Below are positions 18,687-29,116 of a stretch of 64,000 bases of DNA, in pieces. The notes beneath the pieces were generated by a model that had not been told where the DNA came from, did no database searches, and saw only the letters and a list, made by a program, of their open reading frames with translations. Positions within the stretch are counted from its first letter, which is position 1, and every line of letters starts with the position of its first letter. Source of the stretch: Christensenella sp. UBA1385 (GTDB lineage: Bacteria > Bacillota > Clostridia > Christensenellales > Aristaeellaceae); assembly GCA_002305755.1 (NCBI GenBank), contig DBQV01000021.1, positions 623-64,622 of the forward strand. Direction: 5' to 3'. The translations under genes and the position numbers were made by a program.

Positions 18687-19061
18687 TCAGGCCTCCTTCA
18701 GAAATTCCTCGTATTCCTGGGCGTTCATCAGCTCTTCGGTCTCCGTGATCTCGCCCACTCGGATGATCCACGCCTCGTAGGGATGCTCGTTGATGGCTTC
18801 GGGGGCATCCGCCAGCGCTTCATTGGCTTCGGTCACCTTGCCGCTGACAGGGCTCATCACTTCGCTGACTGCCTTCACAGACTCCACATCGGCAAAAGAG
18901 CTGCCGGCGGTCACGGCGTCGCCCTCCGTGGGCAGGTTGATGAAAACAATATCCCCCAGTTCTTTCTGGGCATAGTCGGTCAGGCCGATCAACAGGCTGT
19001 CGCCCTCTTCCTTGATCCATTCATGGGTTTTGGTGTACTTCAGTTCGTTTGGGTAACTCAT
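18687..19061 (-). CDS. gcvH: Glycine cleavage system H protein (lipoyl carrier)
   Basis: YTKTHEWI, and the lipoyl-lysine motif [15 protein letters not shown]. 124 aa. Confidence 0.95.
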   Translation of the reverse strand: MSYPNELKYTKTHEWIKEEGDSLLIGLTDYAQKELGDIVFINLPTEGDAVTAGSSFADVESVKAVSEVMSPVSGKVTEANEALADAPEAINEHPYEAWIIRVGEITETEELMNAQEYEEFLKEA

Positions 19062-19099
19062 GGTTCAATCCTCCTCAAAATATCAATCAGACTCGCTGA

Positions 19100-20188
19100 T
19101 CATTTGCTCCGCTTATAGAAGGGCAACTCCGTCCATCGGCATTTCAGCCTTCGCCCTCTGACATCCACCTCGTATTCACCCTCGGGATCCACCCTGGAAG
19201 CATCCACCAGCGCCATCGCGATGGCCTTGCCCAGGTAGGGAGCCATGGTGCCGCTGGTCGTTTCTCCGATCTGCTCGCCATCCAGGTACACGGCGCAATG
19301 CTCGCGCGCGATACCCCTGTCCGTCACCACCAGGCCAATGCGGGTGCGCTTTGGTTCTCCCGCCGCAATGAGGGCCTCTTTTCCGATAAATGAAGGCTTG
19401 TCCATCTTGACAAAGAAAGATAGCCCAGCCTCCAGAGGCGACACGTCGTCCGTCATCTCATGGCCGTACAGGGGCATGCCCGCTTCCAGCCGAAGCGTAT
19501 CCCGCGCGCCCAGCCCGCAGGGAATCAAGCCTTCGTCCCTGCCCGCTTCAAGCAGCGCCTCGGCCAGCTCCACCGCCTGATCCGGTTTGCAGTATAGCTC
19601 ATAACCAAGCTCTCCCGTATAGCCTGTTCTTGACACCAGGCAGGGGATGCCTGCTACCGCGACATTTTGATTCAGCGTATAGTATTTGACCGGCAGCTGA
19701 TCCTCTTTGGACAGCTTGGACAGGATTTCCTTCGCTTTGGGGCCCTGCAACGCCAATTGCGCAAACCCGTCCGAAAGATCGGTGACGCTCACGTCGCCGT
19801 GACGGTGCTCAACGAACCACCGATAGTCCTTGTCCTTGTTGGCGGCGTTGACGACCAGCAGATATCGATTTTCATCCATACGGCAGCAGACCAGATCATC
19901 CACAATGCCGCCATGCTCGTTACAGATGGGGCTGTAGCGCACACGGCCCAGCTCCATACCAGCCATGTCGTTGACCAGCACTTCCTGCAGCAGCGCCAGC
20001 GCATCCGGGCCCTCAAACTCGATCTCGCCCATGTGGGACACATCAAACAGGCCGCAGGCGGTGCGGACCGCGTTATGCTCCGCGATCACGCCCGTCTGAT
20101 ACTGAACGGGCAGAAGATAGCCCGCAAAGGGAACGATCTTTCCCCCCAGCTTGATATGCAGATCATAAAGCGGCGTCTTTTTCTCCAT
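19100..20188 (-). CDS. gcvT: Aminomethyltransferase (glycine cleavage T protein)
   Basis: MEKKTPLYDLHIKLGGKIVPFAGYLLPVQY, DVSHMGEIEFEGPDA, SRTGYTGELGYELY. I place the start at ATG 20188, 6 nt after AGGAGG. Confidence 0.93.
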   Translation of the reverse strand: MEKKTPLYDLHIKLGGKIVPFAGYLLPVQYQTGVIAEHNAVRTACGLFDVSHMGEIEFEGPDALALLQEVLVNDMAGMELGRVRYSPICNEHGGIVDDLVCCRMDENRYLLVVNAANKDKDYRWFVEHRHGDVSVTDLSDGFAQLALQGPKAKEILSKLSKEDQLPVKYYTLNQNVAVAGIPCLVSRTGYTGELGYELYCKPDQAVELAEALLEAGRDEGLIPCGLGARDTLRLEAGMPLYGHEMTDDVSPLEAGLSFFVKMDKPSFIGKEALIAAGEPKRTRIGLVVTDRGIAREHCAVYLDGEQIGETTSGTMAPYLGKAIAMALVDASRVDPEGEYEVDVRGRRLKCRWTELPFYKRSK

Positions 20189-20204
20189 ATTCATCCTCCT
20201 TGTA

Positions 20205-20400
20205 TAAAAAGGCACGCAAATTTTCTTGCGTGCCTCTGTTTCTTAACCTTGAAGATTCCTCCGCAGCGCAGAGTTGCTTCGTCGGTGCATCGCTGCTTTC
20301 CAGAGTTTCGTCCCGATCCGGTCTTGTAGCCTGAGAGTTTTTGCAGTCCCCTTCGGCGCCGCGGATGGTTTGTTCCCTGTCCGCGGACTCTCCCGGATCG
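20205..20400 (-). promoter_or_regulatory. Tandem glycine riboswitch with terminator expression platform, leader of gcvT-H-PA-PB
   Basis: All on the minus strand. Aptamer 1 is GATCCGGGAGAGTCCGCGG...CCGCGGCGCCGAAGGGGACTGCAAAAACTCTCAGGCTACAAGACCGGATC. Aptamer 2 is GGGACGAAACTCTGGAAAGCAGCGATGCACCGACGAAGCAAC...CTTCAAGGTTAAGAAACAGAGG. The terminator is GGCACGCAA-GAAAAT-TTGCGTGCC plus TTTTTAT (20236-20205). Confidence 0.88.
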
Positions 20401-20412
20401 ATCAACCGAGTA

Positions 20413-21801
20413 TTACTTTTTCGCCTTGCGCAGATAGGCCGGTACGCCCAGATCATCCTTCTCCGCTGTGGAAACCGGCTGAGCCGGCTGCTGTACGGGC
20501 GGCTGATAGGCGCTTGGGCTCTGCACGAAGGGCTGCTGTCCCGGCACATAGCCCGCTCCGAAACCAGGCTGCTGATAGCCGGGCGCATAAGGCTGAGGGA
20601 TATTCATCTGAGCCCCGCCGGGACGACCGGGCGTCGGGAAGAATGAGGAGGTATCCTGCTGATCGTACATGGAAGGCACCTGCGGGGCCTCAAAGGAGGG
20701 CACGGCAGGCTGACCGGTCGGAGCATCAACCGGAGTCCTGTTCTCATAAGGATTATAGGCAGCGCCGGCGGCCCCGTAGGGCATGGGCGGCAGCTTGGCC
20801 GCCTTCTTCTTGGTATCGCGCACCGGAAAGCTTGTTTTTTCAAAGCCGGTCGCGATCACGGTGATGCGCACCTCGTCCTTGAGGCTGTTGTCGATACCGG
20901 CACCGAAGATGATGTTGGCCTCGCTGTCAGCCGCCTCCTGGATCAGGCGGGCCGCCTCGTTGATATCGAGTATCGGCATATCCTCACTGCCGGTGATGTT
21001 GATCAGCACCGCGCGCGCGCCGTCGATCTTGGTCTCAAGCAGCGGGCTGGAAATGGCGTTCTTTGCGGCCTGGACCATACGGTTCTCGCCCTTACCGCTG
21101 CCGATACCGATATGGGCCATGCCGCCCGATTCCATCACCGTCTTCACATCCGCGAAGTCGAGGTTGATGGTGGCCGGCAGCGCGATCAGATCGGAGATGC
21201 CCTGGATGCCCTGGCGCAGCACATCATCCGCCACGCGGAAGGCTTCCAGCATGGAAGTTCCCTTACTGACTACCTGAAGCAGACGGTCATTGGGGATCAC
21301 GACCAGCGTATCCACGTATTGCTTCAGCTCGTTGATGCCCATCTCGGCATTACGCATGCGCTGCTTGCCCTCAAACTGGAAGGGCTTGGTGACCACCGCG
21401 ATGGTCAGGCAGCCGAGCTCTCTGGCAATGTCCGCCACAACGGGCGCAGCGCCGGTGCCAGTGCCGCCGCCCATACCGGCGGTGACAAATACCAGATCCG
21501 CTCCCTTGAGCATCTGGGCGATCTCCTCGCGGCTTTCCTCCGCGGCGCGCTTACCGATGTCCGGCACCGCGCCCGCGCCCAGGCCCTTGGTCAGCTTCTC
21601 GCCGATCTGAAGGGTGTAGTCTGCGTTAGAGGCCGAGAGTGCCTGGCTGTCCGTATTGACAGCGATAAAATCGACGCCCTTCAGCTTGGCCTCGACCATG
21701 CGGTTCACCGCGTTGGTGCCGCCGCCGCCGCAACCAACCACCTTGATCGTCGCAAAAGAATTGTTCTTTTGCTCCTGCTCCACCTGCTGCAACTCAAGCA
21801 T
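20413..21801 (-). CDS. ftsZ: Cell division protein FtsZ with a long Pro/Gln/Tyr-rich C-terminal linker
   Basis: [43 protein letters not shown], and the C-terminal peptide [15 protein letters not shown] place the start at ATG 21801, 7 nt after AGGAGG. Confidence 0.95.
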   Translation of the reverse strand: MLELQQVEQEQKNNSFATIKVVGCGGGGTNAVNRMVEAKLKGVDFIAVNTDSQALSASNADYTLQIGEKLTKGLGAGAVPDIGKRAAEESREEIAQMLKGADLVFVTAGMGGGTGTGAAPVVADIARELGCLTIAVVTKPFQFEGKQRMRNAEMGINELKQYVDTLVVIPNDRLLQVVSKGTSMLEAFRVADDVLRQGIQGISDLIALPATINLDFADVKTVMESGGMAHIGIGSGKGENRMVQAAKNAISSPLLETKIDGARAVLINITGSEDMPILDINEAARLIQEAADSEANIIFGAGIDNSLKDEVRITVIATGFEKTSFPVRDTKKKAAKLPPMPYGAAGAAYNPYENRTPVDAPTGQPAVPSFEAPQVPSMYDQQDTSSFFPTPGRPGGAQMNIPQPYAPGYQQPGFGAGYVPGQQPFVQSPSAYQPPVQQPAQPVSTAEKDDLGVPAYLRKAKK

Positions 21802-21829
21802 GGATTGTCCTCCTGTTTTGGGTTTCATT

Positions 21830-23008
21830 TCAGCCGCCAAACAAACTGCGGAAAAAGGAACCGATACCTCCCGGTGCGGAGCCGGAGCCAGTCTTGGTAT
21901 CGATGATCAGGTCCAGCAGGCCCAGCGCGCTGGAATAGACGGGGCTCGACAGCTTCACCGCCTTGCGCGGCAAATCCCGCACCGGGCGCCCCAGCCGTTC
22001 ACCGAGGAATTCACGCCCGCCCCTGTTGATGGCCAGGCCGCCGCCCGTCAGATAGACCACGGACCAGTTGCCCAGCCGCACGCCGGACTCCTTCACGCAC
22101 TTGCTGATCTCCTCGCAGATCTCCTCCGCGCGGGGATCCAGTATCTCCGAGACCTTCTGATAGGCAAATGTCTGTGTGCGCCCATCCTGCCCCAGCACGT
22201 CAAAAGAGGGCTGAGAGCTGGGCGCGCCGAAGATGTACGAACGCTTGATCTGCTCCGCCTGATCCAGCGGTATGTCCAGCCCGTAGGTCAGATCAGCCGT
22301 GATATGGCCGCCGCCCAGAGGTATGTTTCTGTGGAAGATGATGGTATCGCCCTCTACGGCCATCACTTCGGTGGTGAGGTACCCGATGTCGATCAGCAGC
22401 GCCGTGCGATCCCTCTCCTCATCCGAAATATAGAGCATGGCCTCGCCCATCGGGGTCGAGAAAAAGCCGCTTGCGGTCTTTCCCACCGCGCGCAGGCGCT
22501 CGGAAACATCGTCTATAAAAAACTGATCGGCAATGACATAGGAGATCATCGCGCGCAGCTCGTTGCCATGGCGGTTGAGCGGCTCCAGGGTTTTCTTGCC
22601 GTCATCAATCACAAACCAGGCCGGGCTGCGATGGATGGGGGTGCCCCTCACCTCGCGCACTTCTTCATTGGCTAGAGCGAACAGCGTTTCGATATCGCGG
22701 GAGGTCACATGCGGATCCGCACCCTGCAGATCCACCTTGACTTCCACCGTGTATATGCGGGAAAACTGTCCCGGCACGCCCACGTAGACCTCTCTGGTAT
22801 TGGTGTGTGCCTGCTCCTCTGCGGTTCTGATGGCCTGAGCAATGGTATCATTCACCATATCAGGGTTATTCCATCGGGCGTCAGCAAAACCGTCATAGGA
22901 GGCGATCCCCGCCCCTATGATGTCCGTGCGCTGACGGCCTGAAACTTCGGCAACGAGCGCAACGACCTTGCTCGTACCAAAATCGATGACCGTGATCGTG
23001 CTTCTCAT
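21830..23008 (-). CDS. ftsA: Cell division protein FtsA
   Basis: [21 protein letters not shown]..., actin-fold motifs [10 protein letters not shown] and [10 protein letters not shown]. The start is uncertain: ATG 23008 is preferred, and GTG 23062 is the longest ORF. Confidence 0.88.
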   Translation of the reverse strand: MRSTITVIDFGTSKVVALVAEVSGRQRTDIIGAGIASYDGFADARWNNPDMVNDTIAQAIRTAEEQAHTNTREVYVGVPGQFSRIYTVEVKVDLQGADPHVTSRDIETLFALANEEVREVRGTPIHRSPAWFVIDDGKKTLEPLNRHGNELRAMISYVIADQFFIDDVSERLRAVGKTASGFFSTPMGEAMLYISDEERDRTALLIDIGYLTTEVMAVEGDTIIFHRNIPLGGGHITADLTYGLDIPLDQAEQIKRSYIFGAPSSQPSFDVLGQDGRTQTFAYQKVSEILDPRAEEICEEISKCVKESGVRLGNWSVVYLTGGGLAINRGGREFLGERLGRPVRDLPRKAVKLSSPVYSSALGLLDLIIDTKTGSGSAPGGIGSFFRSLFGG

Positions 23009-23098
23009 CGAACGTTCATCCCCATTTCTCTGGCTTTTGCCGTATGACTTGCCTTCAAGCACAAATACACCCTAAACAGGAAGTCATTTGGATAACTT

Positions 23099-23127
23099 AT
23101 TGTAACTGTTTTGTTATACAATGGCAA
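23099..23127 (-). promoter_or_regulatory. Candidate internal promoter for ftsA-ftsZ
   Basis: On the minus strand: TTGCCA (23127-23122), 17 nt, TACAAT (23104-23099), in the 110-nt ftsQ-ftsA gap. Confidence 0.6.
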
Positions 23128-23172
23128 GAGCTTTCCTATGAATTCAGCCATTTCCGCCCTTCAGAAGCCATT

Positions 23173-24051
23173 TCAGGGCGAATCCGGGCGGTGCGTCGCC
23201 TCCCCCCAGACGGTGGCTTCTATGGTCCCGCCCACGCGCCCCATCTTTCTCAGTTCAGGCAGGACAGCCCTCACGGTGCCTATTTTGGCCTTCAGGCTCT
23301 CGGCGGCCCCCAGGTGGATGGAGTAGCCGTCCCGCGTCGTCAGGTAGATGCTGCCGGGCTCGGACAGGTTGATATCCGCGATTTCATTATTGAAGCCCTG
23401 CGCGAAAATCTCCTTTGTCAGCGCCACGCAGGCCTCAATCTGCCCCTCTTTGGTGCTGAGGGGCACGCGGCCCTCCCGAATATCTCGAAGAGCGAGGCCT
23501 GACACCCGCATGAGCTGATATTCGTCCGGGAGCTGAGTGGTCTGCGACAGGATCAGCCCGTCATCGGCCATGATGTAGGAGACACCGATGTAGTCGATGC
23601 TGGCGACAGGCTGACGCTCCCTCACATAAAGGATCACAGCATTGGGAAACACCTTCTGCATGCGCTCATACACCAGAAATCGGTTGGCGTTGATCCCCTC
23701 CCGAATGCTGTTTTCGTTGATATTGAAGTAGTTGCTGGATCGGTCGATGCCTGCGGATGCCGCGACCTGCTGCCAGGTAAGGTTTCTGATCCCGATCACC
23801 CGCACATACCGGATGCTGAACAGCGTCGCGCGAAGTATGAAAGCCACGCTGACGGCCATCAGCAGCACACAACTGATGATCAGCATGCGCCTGCCGGGCG
23901 TCATGGGCACAGGCTGTCGGGAGTCTCCCGCTTCCGGATGTTCCTGCGGATATCCCGTGCCGGGCTCTGCCTGCCCCTGAGCGGTCGGTTTCCTTTTCTG
24001 ACTCTCGGGAAGTTCCGGCGGCGGATAAAATTCAAACCCGTTTGTGGCCAT
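23173..24051 (-). CDS. ftsQ: Cell division protein FtsQ/DivIB (POTRA domain)
   Basis: Cytoplasmic Pro-rich N-terminus, a single TM (MLIISCVLLMAVSVAFIL), then POTRA-like FSIRYVRVIGIRNLTWQQVAASAGI. The position between murD and ftsA fits. Confidence 0.8.
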   Translation of the reverse strand: MATNGFEFYPPPELPESQKRKPTAQGQAEPGTGYPQEHPEAGDSRQPVPMTPGRRMLIISCVLLMAVSVAFILRATLFSIRYVRVIGIRNLTWQQVAASAGIDRSSNYFNINENSIREGINANRFLVYERMQKVFPNAVILYVRERQPVASIDYIGVSYIMADDGLILSQTTQLPDEYQLMRVSGLALRDIREGRVPLSTKEGQIEACVALTKEIFAQGFNNEIADINLSEPGSIYLTTRDGYSIHLGAAESLKAKIGTVRAVLPELRKMGRVGGTIEATVWGEATHRPDSP

Positions 24052-25447
24052 GGACTTCTTCCTTCAGCGCAAAGACGTACTCTTTGAACTGTCTACCCCG
24101 CTGTTCGTAGTCGCTGAACTGGTCAAAGGAAGCGCAGGCGGGCGAAAGCAGTACGTTGCCGCCCGTGAATCCTTCCAGCCTTCGCGCCAGATCTACGGCT
24201 TCAAACATATCCTTCGCGCGCGAAATGCCGTGAAAGCCTGCAGCGCGCAGCGCCTCTTCGATTTTTTCCGCGGTCTGTCCGAACAGCACAACGTGAACGA
24301 TCCTGCCGCTTGAGACAATCGCCGCGGCCAGCTCATCAAAGCCCGTTTTCTTATCGTAACCGCCCGCCAGCAGCACGGTATCCCGCATCATGGCGTTCAC
24401 TGCCACCATCGTCGATTCCGGGTTGGTCCCCTTGCTGTCGTTGATGTAGGTGATGCCGTCAATCGTTCTCACCGTTTCGATGCGATGCTCCACGCCCGCA
24501 AACTCCCTGAGAGCGCGTACGATCGCCTGATCGGACACTCCGCCCGCGGCTGCCATCAGGGCCGCGGCCAGCGCGTTTTGCAGGTTATGCCTGCCCGGGA
24601 TCCTGATCTCATCCGCTTTCAGCAGCACCCGTTCATGCTTTCCAGTATTCAGCACAACCCGACCATCCCGGAGAAAAGCCCCGTCCTTCACCGGGCCTTC
24701 CACTGAAAACCACAGCGTCTGTGACCGCAGGTCTTCACCCATCTGGCGCAGCAGCGGATCATCGGCGTTCAGAATGGCAACGTCCTCCGCGTCCTGGTTT
24801 TCAAAGATGCGTTTTTTCAGCGCGATGTATCTGGCCATGCTTCCGTGACGGTCCAGATGGTCAGGTGTGATGTTGGTGATGGCGGATATCTTAGGATGAA
24901 AAGTCCGGACGCTTTCGAGCTGAAAGCTGGAAACCTCGATCACGATCGGGTCTCCCTCCGCCAGTTCAGCCACCGCAGCGCAGACCGGATAGCCGATGTT
25001 GCCGCAGACAGCCGTGTTCCTGCCCGAGGCCCTGATCATCTCGCCCAGCAGGCTGACAGTCGTTGTCTTGCCATTCGTTCCCGTCAATGCAAAAACGGGC
25101 CCCTTTGCAAACAGAGACCCCAATTCAAGCTCCCCCATCACAGGGATATCCATCTCTCGCGCCAGCACGGGCAGCGCGGAATCGATCGGCACCGCGGGGC
25201 TCAGCACCAAGAGATCGCACCCGGGCATCAGCTCCTCGGCCGTCTTCGCTGTCCCGTCCTGACAGCCCGCCCCGATCAGGCGAGCTATCCTGTCTTTTGC
25301 GGCGAGCTGTTCCAGAGGCTTCGCGTCGTACAGCGTGGGCACCGCGCCATGCCGGAGCAGAAGCTCCGCCGCGGCCAGTCCGCTTCTTGCCAGGCCCGCG
25401 ATCAATACCCTCCTGCCCCGCCACCTTGCCCGTTCCTGCGTATCCAT
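24032..25447 (-). CDS. murD: UDP-N-acetylmuramoylalanine--D-glutamate ligase
   Basis: VLIAGLARSGLAAAELL, ALTGTNGKTTTVSL, and Mur ligase central and C-terminal domains. Confidence 0.92.
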   Translation of the reverse strand: MDTQERARWRGRRVLIAGLARSGLAAAELLLRHGAVPTLYDAKPLEQLAAKDRIARLIGAGCQDGTAKTAEELMPGCDLLVLSPAVPIDSALPVLAREMDIPVMGELELGSLFAKGPVFALTGTNGKTTTVSLLGEMIRASGRNTAVCGNIGYPVCAAVAELAEGDPIVIEVSSFQLESVRTFHPKISAITNITPDHLDRHGSMARYIALKKRIFENQDAEDVAILNADDPLLRQMGEDLRSQTLWFSVEGPVKDGAFLRDGRVVLNTGKHERVLLKADEIRIPGRHNLQNALAAALMAAAGGVSDQAIVRALREFAGVEHRIETVRTIDGITYINDSKGTNPESTMVAVNAMMRDTVLLAGGYDKKTGFDELAAAIVSSGRIVHVVLFGQTAEKIEEALRAAGFHGISRAKDMFEAVDLARRLEGFTGGNVLLSPACASFDQFSDYEQRGRQFKEYVFALKEEVHGHKRV

Positions 25448-25449
25448 CC

Positions 25450-26433
25450 CTATCCCTTCAGCGGCAGCGCCACCAGCACAGCCAGCGCGCTCAGCGCCAG
25501 CGTAACAAGCGCGTACATCCGCACGATCTGCTTTTCGCTCATGCCCGACAGCTCGAAATGGTGATGGATCGGCGACATCTTGAAGATCCTTTTACCATGC
25601 GTCGCCTTAAAATAGGCGCGCTGCATGATCACAGACACCGAAGACATGATCATGGTAAAGCAGATGGGGATCAGCCAGAACTGCAGACCCAGCAACATAG
25701 CTGCCGAGCAGAACACCCCGCCGATGAACATGGAGCCGGTATCGCCCATCATGATTCTTGCGGGGTAGTGATTGTAGATGAGGAACCCCGCGCAGGCGCC
25801 GACCAGCGCAAAAGAAAGCAGCGCCATGGCCGTACCGCCATAGGCGGCCCTCATCATCAGCGCGATCAGCCCAAAGGCAAGCCCGCCGACCACGGAAACT
25901 GAGGAAAGTATGCCATCCACGCCGTCCTGCAGATTGGCGCTGTTGGTCATGAACACAAACAGCACCGTCATCAGCGGCACATAAAACGGCCCCAGATCCC
26001 AGATATTTGTGGAAAAAGGCAGATAGACGCCACCGCCGAGCTTTACATAGCAATAAACAGAAAACAGGATCCCGACCGTCACCTGGCCGATCACCTTCTG
26101 TTTCGGTCTCAGCCCCTCATGATCATGTCGGATGTTCTTGATATAGTCATCGCGGAAGCCAATGGCCATCGCGCCAAGCGAGGCCAGAAGCACCGGCAGC
26201 AGCTTCCAGGCATCCGCCTGAGCAAAGGAGAACACAAGCGATGAGAGCACCGCCGCCGTCGCGATCAGGATGCCGCCCATGTTGGGCGTGCCCTGCTTGT
26301 TAAGATGCGCTTTGGGGCCAAGCTCATAAATGGTCTGACCAAACTGCATGGTCTTCAGCTTTTTGATCAGATAAGGCATGCCCAGCGCCGCGATCGCAAA
26401 GGCCAGCGCGGCAGCGGCCGCGGAATATATCAC
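25450..26433 (-). CDS. mraY: Phospho-N-acetylmuramoyl-pentapeptide transferase
   Basis: KQGTPNMGGILI, NLQDGVDGI, MGDTGSMFIGG, HHHFEL motifs. Confidence 0.95.
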   Translation of the reverse strand: MIYSAAAAALAFAIAALGMPYLIKKLKTMQFGQTIYELGPKAHLNKQGTPNMGGILIATAAVLSSLVFSFAQADAWKLLPVLLASLGAMAIGFRDDYIKNIRHDHEGLRPKQKVIGQVTVGILFSVYCYVKLGGGVYLPFSTNIWDLGPFYVPLMTVLFVFMTNSANLQDGVDGILSSVSVVGGLAFGLIALMMRAAYGGTAMALLSFALVGACAGFLIYNHYPARIMMGDTGSMFIGGVFCSAAMLLGLQFWLIPICFTMIMSSVSVIMQRAYFKATHGKRIFKMSPIHHHFELSGMSEKQIVRMYALVTLALSALAVLVALPLKG

Positions 26434-27896
26434 TGCCTGTCCTCCTTCGATTGGGCCAGTATCTCGCGCACGATCTGCTTTTCATTGAAGGGACGCTTCA
26501 CGCCGCTGATCTCCTGATAGGTCTCATGCCCCTTGCCGGCCAAGATGATCACATCCCCATCCCGGCCCAGGTCAAGGGCACGGGCAATGGCTGAACGACG
26601 ATCCTCCATGACTTCATAGGACGCACCTGTTTCCCTGATGCCCGTTTCTATGCTCCTGATAATGTCCATTGGGTCTTCGTTTCGGGGATTATCGCTGGTC
26701 AGAATGGAATAATCTGCAAGCCTGCCCGCGATCGCGCCCATTTTGGGTCGCTTCAGGTAATCTCTGTCGCCGCCGCAGCCAAACAGCACAATCACACGTC
26801 CCCTGGCAAACTCTCTGGCTGTCTTCAGTATATTTTCAAGAGCATCCGGCGAATGGGAATAGTCCAGTATCACCATGTAGGGCGTGCGGGTATCGAGCAC
26901 TTCGGCGCGGCCCGGCACGCTGCGCACGTTCTCAAGGGCGCGGCAAATGGCCTCCGGCTCCACGCCCATGATCAGCGCGAGGCCGCAGGCCGCCAGCGCA
27001 TTGTAAACGTTGAACATGCCCATCATCTTCAGGTGAACGGGATAGGAATGCTCGTTCCACAGCGTCAGCTTGAAAGAGACGCCTGTTTCGCTGATCTCGA
27101 TGTCCCGGGCAAAGATATCGGCATTGGTGCAGATGCCGAATGTGCTGTGCGGGACAGGCAAATCCCGTATGATCGCGGCTGCCCGGTCATCATCCACATT
27201 GATCGCGGCGTTTTTCACCATGCCGCCGGTCAGGAAATGCTTCTTGGTCTCAAAATAGCGATCCATATCGCCGAAGAAATCCAGATGGTCCTGAGACAGG
27301 TTCAGGAAGCATCCCGCCTCGAACTGAAGGCCTTCCAGCCGCTTCAGGCTGACCGCGTGCGCGGATACCTCCATGCAGACGGCCTGCACGCCGCTGTCGG
27401 CCATTTCACGCAGTGTTCTTTGCAGATCGATGGGATCGGGCGTGGTGAGGCTGCTTTTCATCCATCGGCTGCCTATCATATTGCCCGTGGTGCCGATCAG
27501 GCCGCAGGTCCACCCCGCCTCCTCCAGTATGGCCTTGATATAATAGCTGGTCGTTGTCTTGCCCTTGGTGCCTGTAATGCCGATCAGCTTCATCTGCCGC
27601 GCGGGGTGTCCATAGAACGCCGCGGCCAGCAGGGCCATGGCAGCCCGGTCATCACTGACCAGAAGCTGGGGCACATTCACCTCATCCAGAAAACGGGTCA
27701 CGACCAGCGCAACAGCTCCATTCTGGACAGCCTGCGCCGCAAACTGATGCGAATCCGAACGCGCCCCGCTGATGCAAAAAAACAGACTGCCGGCCATGTT
27801 CTGGCGGCTGTCCTGCGCAAGACCGGAGATCTCACAATCCCCGCGCTGCTCAACAAAATATGGGGCGGCTTCGCCCGCCAACTGCGATAGTTTCAT
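26430..27896 (-). CDS. murE: UDP-N-acetylmuramoyl-L-alanyl-D-glutamate--2,6-diaminopimelate ligase
   Basis: ITGTKGKTTTSYY, DYSHSPDALE, and the meso-DAP-specifying DNPR motif (LTSDNPRNEDP). Confidence 0.92.
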   Translation of the reverse strand: MKLSQLAGEAAPYFVEQRGDCEISGLAQDSRQNMAGSLFFCISGARSDSHQFAAQAVQNGAVALVVTRFLDEVNVPQLLVSDDRAAMALLAAAFYGHPARQMKLIGITGTKGKTTTSYYIKAILEEAGWTCGLIGTTGNMIGSRWMKSSLTTPDPIDLQRTLREMADSGVQAVCMEVSAHAVSLKRLEGLQFEAGCFLNLSQDHLDFFGDMDRYFETKKHFLTGGMVKNAAINVDDDRAAAIIRDLPVPHSTFGICTNADIFARDIEISETGVSFKLTLWNEHSYPVHLKMMGMFNVYNALAACGLALIMGVEPEAICRALENVRSVPGRAEVLDTRTPYMVILDYSHSPDALENILKTAREFARGRVIVLFGCGGDRDYLKRPKMGAIAGRLADYSILTSDNPRNEDPMDIIRSIETGIRETGASYEVMEDRRSAIARALDLGRDGDVIILAGKGHETYQEISGVKRPFNEKQIVREILAQSKEDRQ

Positions 27897-28001
27897 AACT
27901 GCGTACCTTTCGGAAAAGTTACCTGTTCCACCCTGTCGAAAAACAAAAGCCGTTGATACCGGCTATTGTTCTGGTTCGACTTTTCATTTCAGAGAGGCTT
28001 C

Positions 28002-28511
28002 TCACCGATGCCCCGACCAAGATCCGATCCCTGCCAGCAGGCTCTCCTGGGTGGCGCCCGTACTGCGCACGGTCACCTTGACGGTTTCATCGTGCAGAGC
28101 CAGCTTCATGCCGAGATTCTGCGAAGCGTAATAGCAGATGAAGTTGCTGTCTTTGGCGGCGCTCAGCTGCTCATCCAGAGACAGCCTTTCCTTTTCATAA
28201 GAGGAGTACTGGTCCTTCAACCTTGCGATCTCTGTTCTGACAGCGCCGCTCTGCCGGGCCGTGCTCATTACGAGCGCGCTCATTATAACAATTGTCGTTG
28301 CAATCAGCAAGACAGCCCAAGGAAGCGGTATGCCAAAGCGCCGTGCCGGCCTGACATGATCCGCCCTATAGGCAACGCGGCTGCTCCCATCCTCGCTCTC
28401 AAGACCCGGCAGTTCAACGGTATTGGCCACCACGATTCTTTCAAAAGGGCAGATGCCGCTGCCCGCCGCCACATAGTTGCTCTGTCTAGGGGACTGTGCA
28501 TACTGGGTCAC
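28002..28511 (-). CDS. ftsL: Cell division protein FtsL-like (bitopic, coiled coil)
   Basis: A single TM (LPWAVLLIATTIVIMSALVM) followed by coiled coil RTEIARLKDQYSSYEKERLSLDEQL and the FtsL-type ...YYASQNLGMKLA... segment. Immediately downstream of mraZ. Confidence 0.7.
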   Translation of the reverse strand: MTQYAQSPRQSNYVAAGSGICPFERIVVANTVELPGLESEDGSSRVAYRADHVRPARRFGIPLPWAVLLIATTIVIMSALVMSTARQSGAVRTEIARLKDQYSSYEKERLSLDEQLSAAKDSNFICYYASQNLGMKLALHDETVKVTVRSTGATQESLLAGIGSWSGHR

Positions 28512-28532
28512 GCTTTTTCACCTCCCGCGGTC

Positions 28533-29057
28533 TCAGGCGTTCGCTCGGCTGCGAAGGCCCTCCTGTATCTGGCTGATCTCACTCAGCACATCCGGGTGTT
28601 CGTCATTGAAGCTCTGGGTCTCGATTTCCGCCTGTCTGCTGGAAACGACCTTCACATAGTCATTGGCTCCGGACACCTGTACGCCGGTCGCGTCCTTCAG
28701 ATACATCTCGCGCAGTGCCGCGGGCAGCAGAACCCTGCCTTGTGTGTCGAAGCTCACATTGTCAAATGAAAACCTGGAAAACCTGTCAAGGAATTTCTCG
28801 GCCCGCGCATCCTGATCCCGCAGACGGGTCAACAGCTCTACCTTTTTCTCCCAGATCTCATAGGGGTAGATGGCGATGCTGTTTTGAGCCATATTGAGGC
28901 CAATCACGATGTCTTCGCCCAGCCTCTCCCGGAAACTTTGGGGAACGATCATGCGGCCCTTGGCATCAACACTGTGGTTGTACGCACCGAAGAAGCCCTT
29001 CAGCTTCCTCTGACGGGTGTCGGCCTGCCGGTACTCTGTGGACTGATTGCCGCCCAT
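28533..29057 (-). CDS. mraZ: Transcriptional regulator MraZ
   Basis: Two SpoVT/AbrB-like repeats: SVDAKGRMIVPQSFRERLG and SFDTQGRVLLPAALREMY. The start is uncertain. ATG 29057 leaves a 22-aa N-terminal extension and has a poorly spaced SD. The track ORF reaches 29168 but overlaps the promoter and operator. Confidence 0.85.
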   Translation of the reverse strand: MGGNQSTEYRQADTRQRKLKGFFGAYNHSVDAKGRMIVPQSFRERLGEDIVIGLNMAQNSIAIYPYEIWEKKVELLTRLRDQDARAEKFLDRFSRFSFDNVSFDTQGRVLLPAALREMYLKDATGVQVSGANDYVKVVSSRQAEIETQSFNDEHPDVLSEISQIQEGLRSRANA

Positions 29058-29116
29058 CTCCCTATCATCCGACACCTTATCACCACCAATCGCCACTAAT
29101 TGCCTCTTGCAGACAC

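Noticed and set aside
27938-27963. A short hairpin plus T-run between ftsL and murE, considered as an internal terminator
   Set aside because: The stem is only 5 bp (AGCCG/CGGCT). That is too weak to call without transcript data. I note it only as a possible attenuation point.
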